DNA of 64,000 nucleotides from Ginglymostoma cirratum (GCA_024137785.1 JAHRHZ010000139.1:36479069-36543068); one strand, 5' to 3'; counted from the first letter of the stretch, positions 37,810 to 50,546 are shown. A program made the numbers and translations. The notes: a model not told the origin generated them from the sequence alone.

Positions 37810-39130
37810 ATTGCACTGAGTTGTGCAAAACTGAGAGTCTAGATAAAGTGGATAGGAAGGACCTACTTCGATGACTAAAGAGGTCAATAACCAGGGAGCA
37901 TAGGTTTGAAATAATTGGTAGAAGGGTTAATGTGGAGTTGAGGAATAAATTCCTCACAGTAGGTGATCAGGGTCTGGAATTTGCTACCCAAAGAATGGAA
38001 GAGATAAAAAACTTATCTTAAAAATGAAATGAATGAGAGAGTGCACTTGAGTTGCTGTAATCTACAAGGTTATTTTATTTTATTTCTCAGTTCTTTTCCT
38101 ACCAGCATGGACATGATAGACCAAATTGCCTCCCTTTGTGCCTTAAATATTTCTTAAATACTAAGGTTAATAAGGTGTCATCTGGGGCCTCTTCAGGCCT
38201 GGTGTCAAGCAATTGACGCCCAACCAGGAAATAAAATGCTAATAAGGTGATTGCATTCTTAAGAGACACACTAGCTGTAATTCTGAAGAAGGGTTACTGG
38301 ATTTTTGTCCACAGACACTGTCAGATCTGCTGAGTTTTTCCAGCAATTTCTGTTATTGTTTCAGATTTTTGCACTGTATCATTTTCAACCCAGTGGTTGT
38401 AACTGCAAGTTGTGGCCATCTTCTTGCTTCTCATAGAGGACGAGAAAGAATAGTTCTCCCTTTAGGTACAAGTTTTTAAGGATGTAAAATTCAACTCGAA
38501 CATGTTAAATAATGTGAACTTCCACTGGTTAGTTCAGTCTCGGGCTATATTTGAAAATCCTAGGCACTTCAGTTCAATTGGTCAGTTATAGGTTTTTTTT
38601 TAAAATAAAAAAAATGCCAAAAATATGCAAATACAAATAGCTAATTGGAAACTGCAATAAATTTCTTTGTTTCCTGAGTTGTCAGATTAAAATGTGGTGT
38701 AACAGAGGCTGTGTTTGATTCACAGCTATTCTGACTGCCTAAATTTATGTTGGAAGGGCAGGAGGAGTAATACTGTTGCTGTCAGTACTGCTGAGATTTT
38801 AATGGGAAAATTGAATGCACCCAATCATCAAAGTTTTTATGTAAGAATTTTTAATATTGGCTGAGACCAACATTGAGGATGTTGCCAGGGTTTTGAGCTA
38901 TAGGGAAAAGTTGAGTAGGTGGGATAATTTTCTCTGGAGTGTCAGAGGCTGAGGGGTGACCTTATTAGAGGTTTATAAAATCATGAGGGGCATGGATAGG
39001 ATAAATAAACATGTCTTTTTTTCCCTGAAATAGGAGCGTCCAAAACTAGAGGACATCGGTTTGAGGTGAACGGGGAAAGATTTAAAAGGAACCTAAAGGG
39101 GCAACATTTTCACGCAGAGGGTGGTGCTTC
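37810..39130 (+). mobile_element. CR1-type 3' fragments (37810-38140, 38880-39130)
   Basis: RLRGDL.EVYKIMRGMDR-type motif; ACTAGAGGACATCGGTTT. Confidence 0.7.
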
Positions 39131-39276
39131 GTGCATAAACATGTGGGCTGGATATTGAGCAATACATGTGAACGTATATTGCAATCAAAGTCACTGTTTG
39201 CAAGTAAAGGAAATTGACAAAATCAGGTCTAATGAGATCTTTCTCCAACTTTTATATTTGCAGTAGAAAGGTGCAG

Positions 39277-39355
39277 TGCACTGCACTGTTTTGGTGATGT
39301 ATTTTAGGTCGTGACTTGAGTGCTTAAATAACTGCAATGGCAACTTAAAGTTAAT
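39277..39355 (+). repeat. 79-bp perfect direct repeat, copy 1
   Basis: Identical to 42733-42811. Confidence 0.95.
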
Positions 39356-39542
39356 ATCTTTTAAGTGCTTGAACATTGTCCAGTTTATGCAATAAAAATG
39401 TTTTGAGAATAAACCTGTGCTGAGAACCTTGCATGCATGTAGAATTTCATGCTGACATTGCTGTGTATTACTTTTTAAGTCATTGTATCCTTAATCTTGG
39501 AGCTGTCCCAATCTTAACCTAATCTTTCAAATTTATCTTTAG

Positions 39543-39603
39543 ATAAAATCATTGGAGTTCACTGTACTGGCGGAATTAATAGAACGGGATATCTTATCTG
39601 TAG
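39543..39603 (+). CDS. DUSP11: DUSP11-like coding exon 5, catalytic P-loop (DKIIGVHCTGGINRTGYLICR)
   Basis: tctttag| acceptor, AG|gtaaat donor; CX5R motif intact. Confidence 0.96.
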
Positions 39604-39869
39604 GTAAATATTGGTTAAATCTACTTAACTTTCTTTCATAGCCTTCCAGCATTCTGAGAGATTCTCCATGTTGGGTCCTATACAAATGTAAGATGATTAT
39701 GCTTGCAAATGCTCATATATATTTATCAATTCATCTCCAATCTCTGTTTAATACAGCAGTTATGGATAATCTGTAAGTGAAATATACTTATTGCAACAAA
39801 TATACACACTAGTGAGATAGCTTTATTACCTTTGGCACAACTGTCCATGCTGCTATTAATAATCCACCT

Positions 39870-42070
39870 GAGCCTTCTCAAAAAAAAAATCTATCGTGTG
39901 TAATTTTGACTACCCTTCCACTTCATACATTTGTCGAGTGCTGCTTCAAATGCAGGTATACTAATCACTTTATCATCCCCTGTAGCAGCAAGTTTCACAT
40001 TCTCAATACTGGGTAATGAAGAGTTCTTTTTTTAAACATTGCTCTTGAATTCCTTGATGGTTATATTTTGTTGATGGCCTCTGATTATGCTGTTCCCCAT
40101 GAGAGGGAACATTCACTTTACGTCAACTCTGTCAAAACCTTTCATAATTTTGATATCTCTCTTGGATCACCCTGAGTCTTCCTCTTTTGTTGTAAAGAAA
40201 TCAATTCTGTCAATTCTTTGTGATATGTAAAACCATGTATTTCTAGTATCATCCTTAAAAATTTTTCAGTGTACTCTCTCTTCAGTACCTATTTTTTTAA
40301 AATGGCGACCATATGACCTTTATAAGTTAAGACAAGAGTAGGCCACTTAGCCCATTGAGCCTGCTTTGCTACTTAAGTTCTTGGCTGATTTAATTATTCT
40401 ACAATCCTGCCTATCCTCAATAACCTTTCACTCCCTTCCTTACCAAGGATCTTTCTATATCTCCCTTTAAAAATATTCAAAGATTCTGCCTCCACTACCT
40501 TTTGAGGAAGAGAGTTCCAAAGACTCATGCTGCTCCTAGGAAAAATTTCTCCTCCTCTCTGTCTTGAAGAGTGATCCCTTATTTTTAAGCAATAGCCCCT
40601 AGTTCCAATTTCTCTCACTGTATTGGTCATGTTTCTTACCAAGTGTTTTAAAAAAAAAAGTTAGGTCCAGCACTGCCTTGTAGCATCCTCTGTTTATATC
40701 TTAAGAACATAGAACAGTACAGCACAGTACAGGCCCTTTGGCCCATGATGCCAGGAGGAAGTGGCCACTTTGGTCTACTGTTCTGTCAGCTCATCAGCCT
40801 TCTGTCCATGCCAATATATTGTCCTTATGCCATGAGCTTTTGGTGTGGCTCCTTATCAAATACTTCTGGGAATCCAAGTAGAGTACAAGTAACTTGCTTC
40901 CCTCTGTCCACAGCAAATGCTACTAATTCAGAGAAGTCCAATAAATTGGTTAAACAGGATTTCTGTCTGTCAATGATATTGATTGTGTGATTACTTGAAT
41001 TTTTCCAAGTGCCTTGCTACAAATGGCCCGAAATGTATGTAATGCTCTGACCAAGGTTTTAGTCTTTTTTTATATCCATCTCTTACCTTGTGTTGTTCAT
41101 TCTGTGCTCTCTTTCCCTATTTTGTTAGTACTTGGGCTGTTTTGTTTCTTGTAGATCCTTTCCCAGTCTTACTAGATTAAAACCTTTTGCTGCATCCCTC
41201 GTTTACTTTCCTACTAGGATGTAAGTCCCAACATAATTCAAGTGGAACCCATCTTATTGGTACAGCTCTCTGATTTAGAATTGTTTCTTGTTACGTGAAA
41301 ATAAACCCCTCTTCTCCCACTACAGCTATTTCCTCCCCTTGTTTATTCTCTTGATCTGTACACTCCTACACCAATTTGCCTCTGGTTTGGGCAGTAATTT
41401 AGAGATGATTATCCTTCAGATTCCTGGTTTTTTAACTAAGATGCTCACTCTTGATACTCTTTCAGAAAACCTCCTCACTTTTCCTATTTATTTGTTTTCA
41501 TTTTGCATCATGACACTGGACCTATCCTGCAGCTGCAGAGAATATCCCTTAACGTGGCAGTGGATAGAAGTGATGTATCCTTAGCATTCGCTGTAGCCAA
41601 AAAGGAGAATCCTATTTTTCTCTATTTAGAGGTCTCTGCTGCTACCATATTTCTATTCTGCTCTTCATTCCCCAAGACCCCAGGTAGGTGCCTGTGCCAC
41701 AGTGCCATTTTCCACATTGTGGCCACCCTCCCTGCAGTCTTTCTCCTGATCTTCACAGGTAGCAAGTACATTGTACCTATTAAATACAGGACCTCCTTAA
41801 ACACTCCTAAATCCCCACTACCCTACCTCAGTCAAATCCTCCCTTTCCTGAACCTGTTTTCCTCCTACTTGGATGACATCTGGATAAAATTCCCACATAT
41901 TGCTCTCCCTTGTATCAGTCTCTCCAAGTTGCAGTTTAGTAATTTTAAACCATAGAAAGTCAAGAATGAGATTGTCCCAAGCAGACATCTGCAGGGAATG
42001 TCTCGTAATCCAAAAACTTCCACATTCTGCAGTCCAGGCACAGTATCTGCTCTGCCATGTCTTAGGCTAG
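39870..42070 (-). mobile_element. Cluster of CR1-type LINE fragments
   Basis: Reverse-strand peptide LWNSLPQKVVEAESLNIFK, (AGAACAT)n tail at 40703, residual ORF1/RT phrases. Confidence 0.65.
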
Positions 42071-42732
42071 CTTTATTTAATTCATTCATTAAAGCCTTTC
42101 ATCAGTGTCTATTTGTAGTTCTGTTAAGTAGTGTAATTAGTTATTTACAAATTTGTGGTCCTAGTTTAGATATTGTTTAATCAAATGTTGTTATACTCCT
42201 CTGGAACTGGTGGGTTTTGAACCCAGGCCTTCTGGCTCAGATAGGGTCACAATAACTCTGCTACATGACCTCTCTTTGATCCTAGTTTAGACTACTCTAG
42301 GTTAAATAATCACTTATCTGCTGCATTAATAGTTCCAGGTTTCAGTGCTCAAATCATGTCATCCTCTCTCTGACTTTGTAAAACAGCAATACTGAGCATC
42401 CTCTGACTCCAGACCAAATTCCCTCTCTCGTTTCCCAAATTGATTCTTCAGTTGCCTAATTACTCTTACGTAAATTTATTGATTTTTACATCACAAGTCC
42501 TACCACTTCTTTTTTTCTCTAACTGGAAGCGTCATACAATTTTATTTGATAACAATTCTGTGTAAAGATAGTCTAGTCATATAGCATGGAAACAGAGGCA
42601 TTGGTCCATTTGCCTGAGCCAAGCCTTTGAAAGAGCTATTCAGTTGAACCTATGTTCATGCACTATCCCTGCAATTCTCTTGCTATTTATTTGTTTCCCT
42701 CGTGAAAATTATTTTGAATTCGCTTCCAACAT

Positions 42733-42811
42733 TGCACTGCACTGTTTTGGTGATGTATTTTAGGTCGTGACTTGAGTGCTTAAATAACTGCAATGGCAAC
42801 TTAAAGTTAAT
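42733..42811 (+). repeat. 79-bp perfect direct repeat, copy 2
   Basis: Identical to 39277-39355. Confidence 0.95.
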
Positions 42812-42814
42812 GGA

Positions 42815-43600
42815 ATAAAACATCTCGAAGGTACTTCCATTGGAGCATTTGGAAGCAAATTTGACACACAACCATATAAAGATACCAGAACAAATGGCAA
42901 AAAATTGGCCAAATGTAGGCTTAAAGGTAAAGAGATGGTGAGGTTAGAGCCTTGACGCCTGATGGTGGAGTAATTAAAATTGGGGATTCTTGAGACCAAC
43001 ATTAGAGGAGGGGGGGCAGATAATTTAGAGTATTATGGACTGGAGGAAATGGAGATAGGGAGGGCCGATGTCATTAGAGGGATTTGAAAACTGCGGTGAT
43101 GACTTAAAAATTAAGGTTTTGGTTAACCAGGGTTGACCGTATAGGTCAATGAGTACAGTGGTGATGTTTCAATGGGACTTGGTGTGTGTAAGGACCGGGA
43201 TAATAGGTTTTGGATGAACTTAAGTTGGCAGAGGGTATGATAGCAGAGGCCTGCCAGAGGTGCATTGGAATAGTCATTATTAGAGGTAATCAGGGCATGA
43301 ATGAGAGTTTCAGTAGCAGGTGAACAGTGTGGGATAGACGTGAGAGAGGTCACCAAAATAGAAATCTGCACTTTGGTGATGTCACACGTGACATCATGAT
43401 TACAAGCATTCAAGTTCAGCCATGGATAATTGCCAGGAAGAACGATGAAGTTTGTCATGGACACCAAAGACGGTGATTTCAGTATTCCCAAAGTTTATTC
43501 GAGGGAGTTTCTATTCATCCAGTATTGGATGTTGGACACGCAGCCTCATAATTGAAGACATGGGAGTGTCCAAGGAGGTAATGTTAACCAGAGGTGGGGG
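42815..43600 (-). mobile_element. L2-type LINE 3' fragment
   Basis: Peptide ATETLIHALITSNNDYSNAPLAGL...LKFIQN typical of L2 RT C-terminus. Confidence 0.8.
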
Positions 43601-43889
43601 TTTGTGAATGTGTCCCCAGTTCATCCCTCAATCTTTTGCGAAATACTTTAAAATCTGTCTTCTGTTTGTTTATCTACCCTCCTGCCATTGAGAAGATTTT
43701 CTGTTTTCAGGAATACCTCTGAATCTATTAACCTTCCCTCCTCTCAGGAGAACAATTCTAGCTTCACTACACTTCCTCAATAAAGTCCCATAACCCTGGT
43801 ACCATTATTGTAAATTGCTTTTGTACCCAGCCTGAGACCTTGGAATCCTTTTCAAAGATGGGTGCCCAAATTTCGATGCAATACTCCAT

Positions 43890-44500
43890 CAACTAGGAGT
43901 AGAAGAGCAGAGCTGTACTGTTGAGGCTGTATGAGTCTCTGGTCAGGCTGCATTTGGAATATTGTGGCAGTTTAAGGCCCTGTATCTAAAGAAAGATGTG
44001 TTGGCATTGGAGGGGATCCGGGGAAAGTTTACAGAAATGATCACTGGGACGAAGGGCTTCTCATATGAGGAGAGGTTTGAAGACTCTGGAACTGTACTTT
44101 TTGGAGTTTAGTAGGATGATGGGATATTTGATCGAAACTTGGAGTACTGAGAGGCATGGATTCAGTTGACGGGAGAAGATGCCTCCACTAGTAGGAGAGG
44201 CTGGGACCCAAGGGCACAGCCTTAGAGTGAAGGGTTGAACCTTTAGAACTGAGATGAGGAATTTCTTAAGCCAGAGGATGCTGAATTTGTGGAACTCATT
44301 GCCCAGAGTCTGGATGCCAAGTCATTCAATGTCTTTAAACTGAGAGATTGATATGTTTTTGATTAAATAAGGGTTTCAAGGTTTACCGGGAGAACTCGGG
44401 AGAGTGGGTTTGAAAAACACATCAGCCATGATCAGATGTTGAAGTAGACTCAATGGGCTGAATGGCCTAATTCTGTTCTTGTATCATATGCTTGTATGAT
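43890..44500 (+). mobile_element. CR1-type LINE 3' fragment, apparently inserted in an older - strand CR1
   Basis: LYESLVRLHLEYC motif; tail GGGCTGAATGGCCTAATTCTG. Confidence 0.75.
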
Positions 44501-45048
44501 CTCGGCTTTGACCCTTTTTAAGGGTTTGGCAAAATGTCCTCTGCTTTGTCACCCATTCTGGTTAGAAAACCAAGGATCCCACACGCATTATTTAACAGCT
44601 AAATAAATCCAAAATTAACTATTAGTCTCCGTAACGGTCTTCTTTGACCATTTAAAGACTTATCTGGTTCATTTGCGTCCTTTAGGAATGAAAACTGCCA
44701 TTCTTGCTCAATCTGGTTTGCATATATTTCCAGAATGTGTTTCAATCTTAACTGCCTTCTGAAATGGCCTCGCAAGTCACTCAATTATTCTCAGGAAGAT
44801 GACCCATCACTCCACGCTCAAAGACAACTAGAGATAAGATGTAAATACTGGCCTTGCCAGTAACCACCTCTGCTTAGGTATATGTTATTTCCTAATATTG
44901 GTTATAACTGATTCAGACAGTGATGTGTAAAATAGTTGACTGAATCTATTATAGCATTTACTCATGGTGTTACCCTAAAAACACGAAAATATTTGTGACA
45001 TCGTTTATATTGAAGTACTGTATTTTTGTTTTTATAAACTGATTAAAG

Positions 45049-45095
45049 GTACCTTATTGATGTAGAAGAAGTGGACCCTGAGACATCAATTGAAC
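45049..45095 (+). CDS. DUSP11: DUSP11-like coding exon 6 (YLIDVEEVDPETSIE)
   Basis: ttaaag| acceptor, C|gtacgt donor; RYLIDVE motif. Confidence 0.93.
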
Positions 45096-45180
45096 GTACG
45101 TATCTTAATTAAGCGAAATCCTTTCATTCAATCATAAAAAATGGATCCTGAGTGACATTTGCTTGTTTTTAAATTTAAAG

Positions 45181-45256
45181 TTTTCAATACTGCACGTGGC
45201 CACAAAATGGATGGAAGCATATATTTGACTGACCTTCGAAGTGGACCAATGAGAAG
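45181..45256 (+). CDS. DUSP11: DUSP11-like coding exon 7 (LFNTARGHKMDGSIYLTDLRSGPMRS)
   Basis: tttaaag| acceptor, AG|gtgatt donor; FN..RGH......Y..DL..GP.R motif. Confidence 0.93.
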
Positions 45257-45789
45257 GTGATTATATGGCTTCTGAAAAAAATTATTTGGTCTTATTCTCG
45301 AACCTTATAATTATTTAACATACAATTTTGTTGTGTTTTAATCTTAGGGTGCTTGGTCAGTCTATCCTGTAAGTAGCTGAGCTATCCATACCAAGAACAT
45401 TTCAGGTTCAATTTGTAGTTAGCTTCTCAATTAGCATAGTGAAGACTCACATTTGGATGCAGTGTCCTCTTGTAAGGAGAGAAAAGTCAGTCTGGTTTCC
45501 CATTCCAAATCACTGTACAGTAACTTCTACTGGAAGTGTAGAAATTTAATTTGGAGACTGGAGTCTGACTCTTTACTGTGCTCCTCCAGTCAATAGTTTT
45601 TGTCAGATATTCATTCTGTGAAATTTCTTGTGTTAATATTGATCACTTGGTAAGTTACCAAAGGCACTTGCTACCCATGGGACTTATCCCAGTAACTGTT
45701 CAATTGGGAAAGGGTGACATTTTTTTAAAAATGCATTTTTTACCCATAATTGTGGGCAGATGATCTTGAATTCATGTAACATCGTTTAA

Positions 45790-46800
45790 ATTTTTTTTAA
45801 AAAGTATTGAGGCACTTTGCAGATCAGCTTAAAGGAAACAGATGCAGAACCAAGAAGGAAAGCATTAGGTCAAACAATTGAAAGATTTGAAGTTGAAGTG
45901 ATGTTGAAACGTGAAGTGGAGAAGTGGATTTGGGTTTATAATGGAGTTATAGAGTGTAACGCCCAGGCGATTGAAAGCTACCAATGATGCAAGCAAGATT
46001 TTATACACAATCAGCAAAAAAGCATATTCACGATCATTTACAGGACTGCAGAAGATTGTGCATTTTGAGGGAGTAGTAGCGTAGGGAAATTTAAGGTAAA
46101 TAATTTTGAGTACATTTGGAAATAGCAAACAATATATATATTAGCAGAGCCCTGGATTAGCAGGGCACAGTGTTGGAATAATACAGTAGGGTTTTGCTCA
46201 AATCATAGTTCACAGAGAGAGGGCAGTGAGAGGCCAACAAATAGAACCTGAATTAGTCAAGTCAGGAGGTAACAGTACACCAATTGCAGCCACAAAAGGT
46301 TAGATGATGAGAGAAGCATGGTGTTGCAGAGCCAGAAGTAGAGGTCTTTGTGCACTTCAGTAAAAGTAGACAATGAGCCACAGGAGTTAAAAAGGCAGTG
46401 ATGCCTTCCATGCTGGTGAATATCATTGGAGGCACAGAGATCACTTAGTGAGATTCAAACTTGTACTGGTAGCAGTAAGGATTGTTGAGTGGCAGTGAAG
46501 AGCAGGTGTAGGATCAAGAGGACCTTGATGCTAAAGATTGAAGAAATGAAGAGTAATTTATTAAGGGGAACAGAAGCTAGTCGTGCCAAGAAGGGGCTAA
46601 AAAAGAAGCGATGTACTTGGAGTCAAGCCAAGATGCACGTGTGACTGAATATGGAGGGAATCCTGGATTAGTAAAGATTATATCTTTACATTAAGACGAT
46701 GTCATCAATGATTAAGTCTTTTCATCAAAGAAAGCAAACAAAGAATATGAACAGACCTAAAGATGAGAGCTGTGGGACAACCATGGAATGACGTTCACTT
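45790..46800 (-). mobile_element. Degenerate L2-type LINE fragment
   Basis: Reverse-strand RT-like phrases (GAGCTGTGGGACAACC, CCTGGATTAGCAGGG). Confidence 0.5.
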
Positions 46801-46879
46801 GTGGGTAAGGTGACAGGAAGCTGAAATCGGTCTTGGGATCACATTTATATACACTAGTGTATATTTAATGTCATTGAGG

Positions 46880-47890
46880 AAAATGAATATTATCACCAAG
46901 TTTTCAGATGTCATAAAAATAGGGGGAAGACAAGTGGTGAGGATGACCACAGATTCTGCAGAGGGATATATGTACATAGGTTTAGCAAGTGGGCAAAAAC
47001 TAGGCAGATGGAAAATTATTGTGGGGAAATGTGAGGCTATGTGATTTGGCAAGAAGAATGGAGCAGCTTAATAAATGGAGAAGGATCTCTGGAATAGAGA
47101 AATTTGAGTGTCGTCATCTTTGAGTCATAAAAAGCTAGTATCAGAGTTCAATAGGATAATAGGGAAGGCAAATTGAATGTTTGAATTAGGGAACTTTCCT
47201 AAAACTATACAAGGCACTAGCCAGACTACTGCTGAAATACTGCGAACAGTTTTGGCCCCTCTTCTAAGGAAAGATGTACTGGCATTGAAAGCAATCCATA
47301 GAAGGTGAACTAGGCTGATAACTTCAAGTATGGAAGGACTCACTCATGAGGAGTGATTGAGTAGTTTTGGCCTGTAGTCATTGGAATATAGAGGAATGAG
47401 AGGCAGTTTCATTTGAAACAGACAGGATTCTTAGAGGTCTTAACTGGGTAGATATAGAGAGGTTGTTTCCACTTAGCGGCGAGTCAGAAAACCATTATGA
47501 GAGCAGAGGTCTGGAAAATGGCATGAGGAGAGAGGCCTCAGCGACTGAGAAAAGGGCCTGACTAGAATGGGCCAAGAGAATTTAAATAGTGAGGGGGAGA
47601 GGCCCATAAGCTAGAAAACAGTCCCAGACCAGAGACAACCAAGAGCATAAAAACAGTGCTTGACAGGAGAGGCCTAAAAGCTGGAATAGAACACCAGACT
47701 GGAGGTGGTTGAGAACCAGAAAACAGCACTGGACCAGAGAGGCATAAGGGCCCTAAGACAATAAACCGGTGGAGGATGAATAGGAAAGCTTTAGAGAGAT
47801 ATGGGACTAGTTCAATATGAGGAACCCTGATCAGCATGGACGAGCTGAACGGAAATGTCTGTTTCTGTGCTTTATGACTCTAAGCTCTAT
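46880..47890 (+). mobile_element. CR1-type LINE fragment interrupted by a degenerate tandem-like insert (~47500-47775)
   Basis: KFSDVIKIGG (FADDTK-like), LYKALARLLL, CR1 tail at 47830-47885. Confidence 0.7.
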
Positions 47891-49384
47891 AGGCTGTCTG
47901 GTTCAGAGTTACTACAGAGGAGGTAATATCAAGGACCACTGAAATTACAGAACATCAGCCAAAGCATTACTGAAAGTTGAACTAAAATGCCCATTGGACT
48001 CGAAGTCAAAGGAGGAATGGAAAATTGACCAAAAATCCAGTGGAATTCATGAAAGAAAGTTCAGAGTATCTTTAGATACCAGCAGAAAAGACTCAAGAAT
48101 TTGAGACTAATGGAGATGGTAGGTGGATATAATGAAGTGCAGAAATGGGAGTGAAAATCAGAATGTGATTGAAAGAATTGGAAAGAATAATTAGAACAGA
48201 AAAAAGGAATGATGTTGGTAAAACCTTTTTTTAAACTAGAGGCCTACATATTGCTCAAGATGAAAATATTTCTGATGTATAACTAAAGCAGCGCAGGGGA
48301 TTAAACTGGAAATGGAAACAGGAACTGAAATAGTAAGGGCAGCATCATGCTTTTTTAAATGTCGGTAAAGCTGGTGGATATGTGTGTTTGGTCATGTTGT
48401 AATACAGAAGACAACATTTATGAATAATGAGTAGCATTACCTCCAATGAAGGAAGTACAGGTAACACTCATAACACTAGTCAAAGAACTTATGAACTACT
48501 GACTAAAGAAAGCCGTAACAATCTTTGAATTTGATGGCAAATTATAAAAATGAATTCAATATCTCTGGTCACTTATTGCCAGAACCAGATAAATAATAAT
48601 CGAGGTGGCTGGATTGTTGTAAAAATCCCACTAATCACTAGTAAACTGTAGGGGGATAGCATATTCTGGGATTATTTACCTTTGCATATATACTAGATAT
48701 TTTTCTTCGGGGTGTGTGGGAATACACCTTGATTTCCTCCCCTTTAAGAAAAGACTGACTCTCATAAATACAGAAAAAAATACAAACAAGTCTACACTCA
48801 GTGCAACAGGTCTGATAGAGGATTTTAATTAAGGATGGCATGATGTTTGAGGTGTGAATCCTTCAGATTCAATGAAGAACCTGTACTAAACTGGTGTTGT
48901 GTACACAGCTTCTGTGCTGCAATATGTTTTTGTTTCTTGTTTCCCTCTGCAGTTGCCTACTAATTATAAACAATTGTTGCAGAACATGATCATGAGAATG
49001 ACATTACTTGCAATGATCCAAGTGACAGATGAAGACCAGACTTGCCACAAATGTCTGGGAACTGGTGTCCAAGTTAGGATAGCTGACCCTCGAACAGTCA
49101 AGCAACAACTTGGTATAGTTGTAACTCCTCATGAATATGCCAGCTTCCAAATATCCCAATCAGTGGATGTTTGCTGTCCCATGAATGGGATGTATGACAT
49201 GGCCTTGAAAGGTCTCAACTTTGACCCCAAAAGCCCTTAAGTGTTCCATGACTTCAGGTCAGCCGAAGCTATGGAAACCTGATTTCTAGCTAGTACTCTT
49301 TTCCTCAATTGTGTTTCTTATTTTGAACAGACTTGACGTGTGTGTATATATATATTTGCTATTGTTGAATCTCTCTATTTACAG

Positions 49385-49513
49385 TAATTTAGGAATTGAC
49401 GTGTTTGATGCAGAGCCAGAGCCAGAACCAGAACCAGAAATACTGGAGCCTTTCCCATCGTATTCTTATAAAGGACCACATGGCCCGAGACCACTGCTTG
49501 ATGATTTTCCAGA
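49385..49513 (+). CDS. DUSP11: DUSP11-like coding exon 8 (NLGIDVFDAEPEPEPEPEILEPFPSYSYKGPHGPRPLLDDFPE)
   Basis: ctctctatttacag| acceptor, GA|gtaagg donor; 129 nt, phase 2-2, open frame. Confidence 0.85.
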
Positions 49514-50184
49514 GTAAGGAACTAAATTTACTTTTCTGTAGATGATGTGGAACTGCTATGTATAAAATATTTCAGCACAGTTGTAAATTTTTGTTTCTAA
49601 TTCAGACTTTTAAATTAAAGGAATTTTTGTGTCTTGGAAACAACTATGTTTGTAAGACCTTTGGAATACATAAGTATCTTCATATGGAAAGTGTGTATTA
49701 AATATCTGCTCCGTAACTATTTGTGAAAGATATTTTGTAGGAGTTAGAGTTAGGTAGTACTTAACTGTTCCCATTAAAACCTCCCATTTTTTGGAGGTTT
49801 GGCACATTTGGCAATTTCCTATGTTTTGACTGGGAGTCTTGTTCTGGGGTATAAACCTGGATCAGATTTATTAGCAGGGACCAAACCAATATGGGATTAT
49901 GATATGAATCAGTCAAGCTACTCTGAGCCACGACAATGTTTTACAATGAAATACTTCCCCTCTGTGGTCCTTTGAATCATTTCCTTTTACAGTCTGAACA
50001 AGTTACACATGCAACTTCATCCCAATGTTTATATAGGTTTTACTTCTGGTATATATTTGTAGCAGTTAGTTTTAGAAAATTACGCATAACAGATATCATT
50101 TCACTTGTTAGTCACCTAGTATCTGTGTGATGTACTAAAAAACCAAATAATACTGCTTTTCTCTCTCTTTCACTGTGAAATAAG

Positions 50185-50274
50185 ACCAGATTCACGACGT
50201 GGACCATCATATGGAGCTCTGCCTCTTTCAGCTAGAGATTTTGATGCTCCCCCTTATAATAGGTGGCATGACAG
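50185..50274 (+). CDS. DUSP11: DUSP11-like coding exon 9 (PDSRRGPSYGALPLSARDFDAPPYNRWHDR)
   Basis: Pyrimidine tract then taag| acceptor, AG|gtaaca donor; 90 nt, phase 2-2, open; composition like neighbouring exons. Confidence 0.7.
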
Positions 50275-50546
50275 GTAACAGCTTTCAGTACTTGCATGTG
50301 TTTGCTTTGTTAAGCTAAGTGGGATCATAAGAACAGAAGTTGGCTGTTTACCCTCTGAAGCCTGTTCAACTATTCCGAGCTCTCAAATGATCTGTGACCT
50401 AATTTCATAGGTATCTTTGCTCCATAACCTTTTGTTTAGCGAAATCTCAGTTGCAGTAAGGATATTTTTTTCCCACAATATGTTAACTTTTAGATTGCCG
50501 GCTGCTCTATGGAATTCACATTCTCTCTGGTCCGTATATTTTTGTA

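Noticed and set aside
41288-41955. Plus-strand ORFs of 98 and 150 aa
   Set aside because: Appear to be antisense to decayed CR1 sequence, have non-ATG starts and lack domain or splice support.
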